Of a stretch of 64,000 nucleotides of DNA, positions 57,851 to 64,000 are shown piece after piece. Origin of the DNA: Octopus bimaculoides (lineage: Eukaryota); the NCBI RefSeq assembly GCF_001194135.2, contig NC_068986.1:115038485-115102484 (forward strand), in the 5' to 3' direction. The notes beneath the pieces were generated by a model. It made no database searches, had not been told where the DNA came from, and saw only the letters and a list, made by a program, of their open reading frames with translations. Numbering within the stretch: the stretch's first letter is position 1; the number at the start of each line of letters is the position of its first letter. Both the position numbers and the translations under genes were made by a program.

Positions 57851-58186
57851 ATGGCAGTCCAGAAAAATAGGACAAATGCTGCCACTGATTAGCTCCAAGA
57901 GGCCATGACCTCTAGCTAGCTATGTGACACACAAACCTGTGTCCATATATATAAACCTTTGAACAGTCAACAGCAATGCCTGCTGGATTCGACTACTCCA
58001 CATTGATAAGGGGTAAATACCCCGAAACTAGTCTGTGGATGTCTGAACCAGTATGGGGAAGATGATGTCCTCACCTGTTTCAAGGTTGTAATGGACACAG
58101 GTTTGTGTGTCTCATAGCTAGCTAGAGGTAATGACCTCTTGGAGCTAATCAATGGCAGCATTTGTCCTATTTTTCTGGACTGCCAT
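57851..58186. mobile_element. MITE-like element with 96-bp inverted arms
   Basis: atggcagtccagaaaaataggacaaatgctgcc...gtgtccat (57851-57946) mirrors 58091-58186 with few mismatches; 144-bp spacer. Confidence 0.8.
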
Positions 58187-59728
58187 GTTAGCTTGGCAAT
58201 AACTATTAATACATTTATCATAACTATAATAATAATTTTATCATAACTTTTAATTTTTTTTGATAAAAATAAAAGAGTATTGTACATGTTTTCCTTTCCT
58301 TTTTTTTTCTCATAACTTTATGCCTACTTTTGTACTACCCTGTATGTGCCTATGTGTGCATGCGTAAGTGTGTGAACGAACATGTATGTGTTTGAAGGTG
58401 TTTATGTATGTATTATCTGCAGCTTTTAGTGCTCCAAATTGGATATACAACTTATGCGGGTGTCTTTTAAAAAAACATTGGTTTAAAAAGCCACATCAGA
58501 CGCCATGATGGTTCTAAGATATAGGTACAGGAGGAGGTCAAACACTGCATAACGGAGTAGACAACCACCATGTATGTATTAATATTTTTGAATGTTAAGA
58601 TGGTGAGCTGGCAGAATCGTTAGCACACTGGGCGAAATGCTTAGCGGTATTTCGTCTGCCGTTATCATCTGAGTTCAAATTCCGCCGAGGTCGACTTAGT
58701 CTTTCATCCAACGGGGTCGATTAAATAAGTACCAGTTACGCACTGGGATCGATGTAATCGACTTAATCCCTTTGTCTGTCCTTGTTTGTCCCCTCTATGT
58801 TTAGCCCCTTGTGGGCAATAAAGAAATAAGAAACGTTAGCACGCCGGGCGAAATGCTTAGCGGTATTTCGTCTGCCGTTACGTTCTGAGTTCAAATTCTG
58901 CTGAGGTTGATTATGCCTCTCATCCTTTCAGGGTCGATAAATTAAGTACCAGTTGCGTACTGAGATCGAACTAATCGACAGGCTCCCTCCCCCAAAATTC
59001 GGGCCTTGTGCCTAGAGTAGAAAAGAATGCTTGAATGTTGTATGTGGGAGTGAGTGAATGTGTCTGTATGAGTGTGTGTGGATGAATGAGTGTATATGAG
59101 ATTATGTGCATGAGTGTGTGTGTGTACTTTAACAACTCACGCCCCACCCCCGTGCAATGGTGGGTGCAACACCAGATATAATAAAGTATTCACCAGTTCA
59201 TTCCTCCCTCTGCTTCCATGAATAAACGGAGAGGTTTTTGATTAGTTCACATCTAGTTTTACCACAGGGAAGGCCATTGTTTTCAATGAGCCCAATATAT
59301 GACAGGTACTTATTGAAGGAGCCACTATGTGATCACCCTCTTGTTAGATAGAGTAACCAAACCATCCCCCAATTTGTCTTTTACTTGTTTCAGAATAAGT
59401 CCAGGGGTTGATTTCTTCTACTAAAAGGTGGTGCTCCAGCATGGCCACAGTCAAAATGACTGGAACAAGTAAAAGAATAGAAGTATACGTATATACTCAT
59501 TTACTTGTTTCAGTCATTTGACTGTGGCCATGCTGGAGCACAGCCTCTAGTCGACCAAATCGACCCCAGGACTTATTTTTTGTAAGCCTAGTACTTATTC
59601 TATCGATCTCTTTTGCCGAACCATTAAGTTACGGAGACGTAAACACACCAGCATCGGTTGTCAAGCGATGTTGGGGGAACAAATAGACACAAACATATAA
59701 ACATATACACACACATACATACATATAT

Positions 59729-59785
<57 letters not shown>

Positions 59786-62173
59786 GTTTAACGTCCGCTT
59801 TCCATGCTAGCATGGGTTGGACGATTTGACTGAGGACTGGTGAAACCGGATGGCAACACCAGNNNNNNNNNNNNNNNNNNNNNNNNNNNNNNNNNNNNNN
59901 NNNNNNNNNNNNNNNNNNNNNNNNNNNNNNNNNNNNNNNNNNNNNNNNNNNNNNNNNNNNNNNNNNNNNNNNNNNNNNNNNNNNNNNNNNNNNNNNNNNN
60001 NNNNNNNNNNNNNNNNNNNNNNNNNNNNNNNNNNNNNNNNNNNNNNNNNNNNNNNNNNNNNNNNNNNNNNNNNNNNNNNNNNNNNNNNNNNNNNNNNNNN
60101 NNNNNNNNNNNNNNNNNNNNNNNNNNNNNNNNNNNNNNNNNNNNNNNNNNNNNNNNNNNNNNNNNNNNNNNNNNNNNNNNNNNNNNNNNNNNNNNNNNNN
60201 NNNNNNNNNNNNNNNNNNNNNNNNNNNNNNNNNNNNNNNNNNNNNNNNNNNNNNNNNNNNNNNNNNNNNNNNNNNNNNNNNNNNNNNNNNNNNNNNNNNN
60301 NNNNNNNNNNNNNNNNNNNNNNNNNNNNATATATATATATATATATATATATATAGATATATATATATATATACACATATATACACACACACACACACAC
60401 ATATATATATGAGGTCTGCTTTGGTATGGTTTCTTGTAGCTAGATACCTTTCTTAATGCCACCCACTTCATAGAGTGAACTAAGTGCTTTTTCTGTGGCA
60501 TTAGCATCTGTGAGGTGGCCAGGTAACTTTTAAGAGAAGACCACCCAGATGAGGAAGGGGTGTAGCATCGAATGAAGTGGTTTTATGCCAGGTGATGAGA
60601 GGCTTAAAGCATGATAGAGGAACAACAGAATAATTGGCACTATGCCAAAATTTGAAAAAAGCATCCAATACATTCTGTGAAGTGGTTGGCATTAGGAAGG
60701 GCACCCAGTTGTAGAAACAAAGCGAAAACAGACAATGGAACCAAGGGTGACCCCTGGCCTTGCCAGTTCCGGTCAAACCGTCCAACCCATGCCAGCATAG
60801 GAAATTGATGACGACGGTGATGATGATGATGATGTTCATTCAGAAAGACAAAAGTTTTACTAACATTTTATGGTAAAATCAAACCCATCACAGCTCCCAA
60901 AAGGTGTCTTATTATAAGGGATTTACTTTGTTACGCCAATCAGTCGGAAGAGAGAGAGAGAGAAGATAGTAGTGATGACTTAGTCAGGGCATGTTCCAAA
61001 GTTACAGGAGGAAAATACAAGTGATAGAGAGGTGGGCAGGGTAAGTGGGTAGGTATGTTAAGTTCACAGGGAGGGGTAAGGAGAGTGGGAAATGGCAGAG
61101 ATGTGGAATGCGGGGAAGGGGTGAAAGCTGTCAAGTGATCATCATTGGTCCTCTTTCAGAGCCTCTCATTACTCTCACACCCTTTAACACTTTCCCCTCT
61201 ACCTCATGTCCCTTTTGTCATACAACCCTTCTATCACTTGGCAATAAACACACACAATCACACATCATCATCATCATCGTCATCAATATAATCACAGGCA
61301 CTCACCAGACATACAAACAATGCTTAGTGGATAGGGTATTCAGCTGACAACCATAAGGTTATGAGTTCAATTCCTAGCTGTGTGTTGGGTTCTTGAGCAA
61401 GACACTTTATTGCAAGTTGGTCCAGTCTACTCAGCTGGTAAAAATGAATTGTACCTGTAATTGAAAGGGCCAGTTTTGTCATATTCTGTGTCACACTGAA
61501 TCTCTCTGAGAACTACTTTAAGAATATGCATGTTTGTGGAGTACTCAGCCACATTACTCGCTTGACAACCAATGCTAGTGTGTTTACGTCCCCGTGACTT
61601 AGTGGTTTGGCAAAAGGAGACCGCTAGAATAAGTACTAGGCTTACAATGAATAAGTCCTGGGGTCGATTTGCTCGACTAAAGGCGGTGCTCTAGCATGGC
61701 CACAGTCAAGTGACTGAAACAAGTAAAAGAAAATAAATGAGCATTACATCTGACAGAGTAATCTGACTGCTAAAGGGTTAAATGAATGGAAACAATTGCT
61801 GACACTCAACAAGTGTCATGGGGGGGGGGGCTACAAAGGGGGCAGTGATCCATCTCTGGGACTGTGCTTCTATTGGGTCACGAACATAGACATCCTAACC
61901 ACATCCAGAGAAAGGCAAAACATGTTAAGACTAATTAGCAGAGATGTTATACTGAGATCTGGTGACAATGAGTATTCTGAAATGTCAGGGATATTTCTTA
62001 GGATTCTTGCAGAAAACAAAACAGCACTTCTTTCTGTATTCTTCAATTTCTTAGCTATAGTAGTTTGGGCATTATACCAAATCCACCAATTACCACAAGA
62101 ATAGTTATTATTAATATTATTATATTCTGGCCTTGTGCCTATAGTAGAAAGAATAATAATAATAATAATAATA

Positions 62174-62224
<51 letters not shown>

Positions 62225-62230
62225 TATTAT

Positions 62231-62777
62231 TGAGTGAGAGAGCAGTGCATGCCATCAAAGTGACACTGGGGTAAAATATACAAAGCCCAATATACCCATC
62301 ATGACTACCCGTCTGATAAGGGTGCACCAAGCACATGCACCACAACCATATGTGCGAGACATGGTGATCTCATATCAAGATAAACAGCGCATGACCTTGC
62401 AAGTGAGGCCCAGTTAGAATTTTCTTCAGGTTAAGTAGCTCTCTCCTAATCAAAAGGTCCCTAAATAAGGCTTGCTTTAAGGATGTTGAACGAAACACCT
62501 ATATTTCCAGAGGTGAATTATTCCAACCTCAAGAATTCCTCTCAACATATAGCTATGATGCTCCCCACCACTTCTGTTCAAGGTCAGAGATGCACATATC
62601 ATCAGCTACCAAAGGACATGCTCAACTGGTTAAGGTCAAACAAATGACAAGCAAATCTGTGGTACTGAGCAGAATATTTGCTGTAGCCCATCTTTTACAT
62701 GAAGACAAAACAAGGTACATGATAACACTTCCAATCAGTTAAGATCAGAAACCATGAGAGCCACTGCTTGGTACTGC
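62231..62777. mobile_element. Unclassified ~550-bp insertion between (TAA)n tracts
   Basis: Non-coding block abruptly bounded by (AAT)n at 62153-62222 and (TTA)n at 62779-62814; short gcagtgca/ggtactgc terminal symmetry. Only one copy in the window. Confidence 0.4.
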
Positions 62778-62814
62778 TATTATTATTATTATTATTATCA
62801 TTATTATTATTATT

Positions 62815-62998
62815 GTTCAGTATTTTTATTTTTATAACGTGCTTTCACTTCACTACCGAGCGCAGCTCTGTGCGCCTTGGGTATGTGCTGTGGTTTGCTG
62901 TGGTGCTCTTATGTTTACTGTGTTGAAAGTGTTTTGCGTAGGATGTGTGCAGTACCCAGTAGTGCAATTTTCTGTATGTTATATATATTTGTCAGTCC

Positions 62999-63000
<2 letters not shown>
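62815..63000 (-). mobile_element. R4/Dong-like element 3' end, same family as 6640-6985
   Basis: PGLTNIYNIQKIALLGTAHILRKTLS* plus 3'UTR, with (TAA)n on both sides. Confidence 0.85.
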
Positions 63001-63062
<62 letters not shown>

Positions 63063-63567
63063 GACTCTCATAGTGTGAAAAAGCTATCTTGCTTCTATTC
63101 AAGTCTTATCAAATGAAATTTTCATTGAAGTATTTGTTAAGATGACAATAATTGCCTCAGGAAGGTCTTCTCTCGATATACACCAAAATTTGAAAAAGCA
63201 TCCAATACATACTGTGAAGTGGTTTGCATTAGGAGGGGCACCCAGTTGCAGAAACCAAACAGACAATGGAAGCAAGGGTGACCCCTGGCCTTGCCAGTTC
63301 CAGTCAAGCCATCCAATCCATGCCAGCATGGAAAATCGATGACGATGATGATGATGATGATGTTCATTCAGAAAGACAAAAGTTTTACTAAGATTTTAAG
63401 GTGATATCAAACCCATCACAGCTCCCAAAAGAATCGCTAACACCACAAGAATTAGCAGTGAAATAAACCCTCTAATCCCTTAATTAGAGTTTTAACATTG
63501 TTTTTATGATGGGATAATGAAGTCTGGTGTTACACTGCACTTGAATGAAGTAAAACAGGTTAGTCAT

Positions 63568-63603
<36 letters not shown>

Positions 63604-63961
63604 CAGACAGATACAGGCACACACACAACACCACAAACCAATAACATATGTTGGATCAGGGGCTGACCTGGGGCTAAATTACAAAAACCAGGAGCAGTGA
63701 GAGGTGATTCTAAGGAAATTTTACACACTCACACGAACAGATGGTGGGGGTGGTGTGGTGCCTTGTCCATGTGTCTGCCAGATATGGTGTGGGAGGGAGT
63801 TGGGGGTCGGGAGACTGTTGGCAGTGTGATGGTGGTGGTGGGGATTACACAGTGTCTCCCTGTAACCTTCATCTTTAATAGGATTACAAACCTAAAATAT
63901 CTTAACTGAGAACTGACTGCACTTATTGGTTGTAAAGAGATCATAGTTATCTCACACTCCC

Positions 63962-64000
<39 letters not shown>

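Overview
Eukaryotic, AT-rich, microsatellite- and SINE-dense genomic DNA. It is most consistent with an octopus (coleoid cephalopod) draft assembly; this is an inference from repeat content and gene sequences, not a database result. N gaps lie at 4718-4727, 18989-19336, 20054-20063, 20810-21283, 25982-25991, 42019-42560, 47885-48006, 50283-50491 and 59863-60328. Two spliced genes, both on the minus strand, could be rebuilt by hand with consistent GT-AG phases. (1) A complete 9-exon SAE1 (SUMO E1 subunit; 1023 nt, 340 aa) at 17996..1341. (2) Most of a CRIM1-like gene: 12 exons from 57573 to 31923, covering the Cys-rich N-terminal repeats, 6 vWC domains, antistasin repeats, stalk and TM; the signal peptide/IGFBP exons were not found and the cytoplasmic tail is uncertain. 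The rest is repeats: at least four tRNA-derived SINE families, about 28 3'-tail copies of an RTE-type LINE, R4/Dong-like RLE LINE fragments in (TAA)n, and pogo, Tc1/mariner, hAT and piggyBac remnants and MITEs. Most interesting: a tRNA-headed element carrying a minimal Penelope-type hammerhead ribozyme, present as an inverted pair in a CRIM1 intron; a partial duplicate of the CRIM1 TM exon that would give a GPI-signal-like, tail-less or NMD isoform; a tandem duplicate vWC exon; and a near-perfect 576-bp foldback element with an exact 8-bp TSD in SAE1 intron 1.
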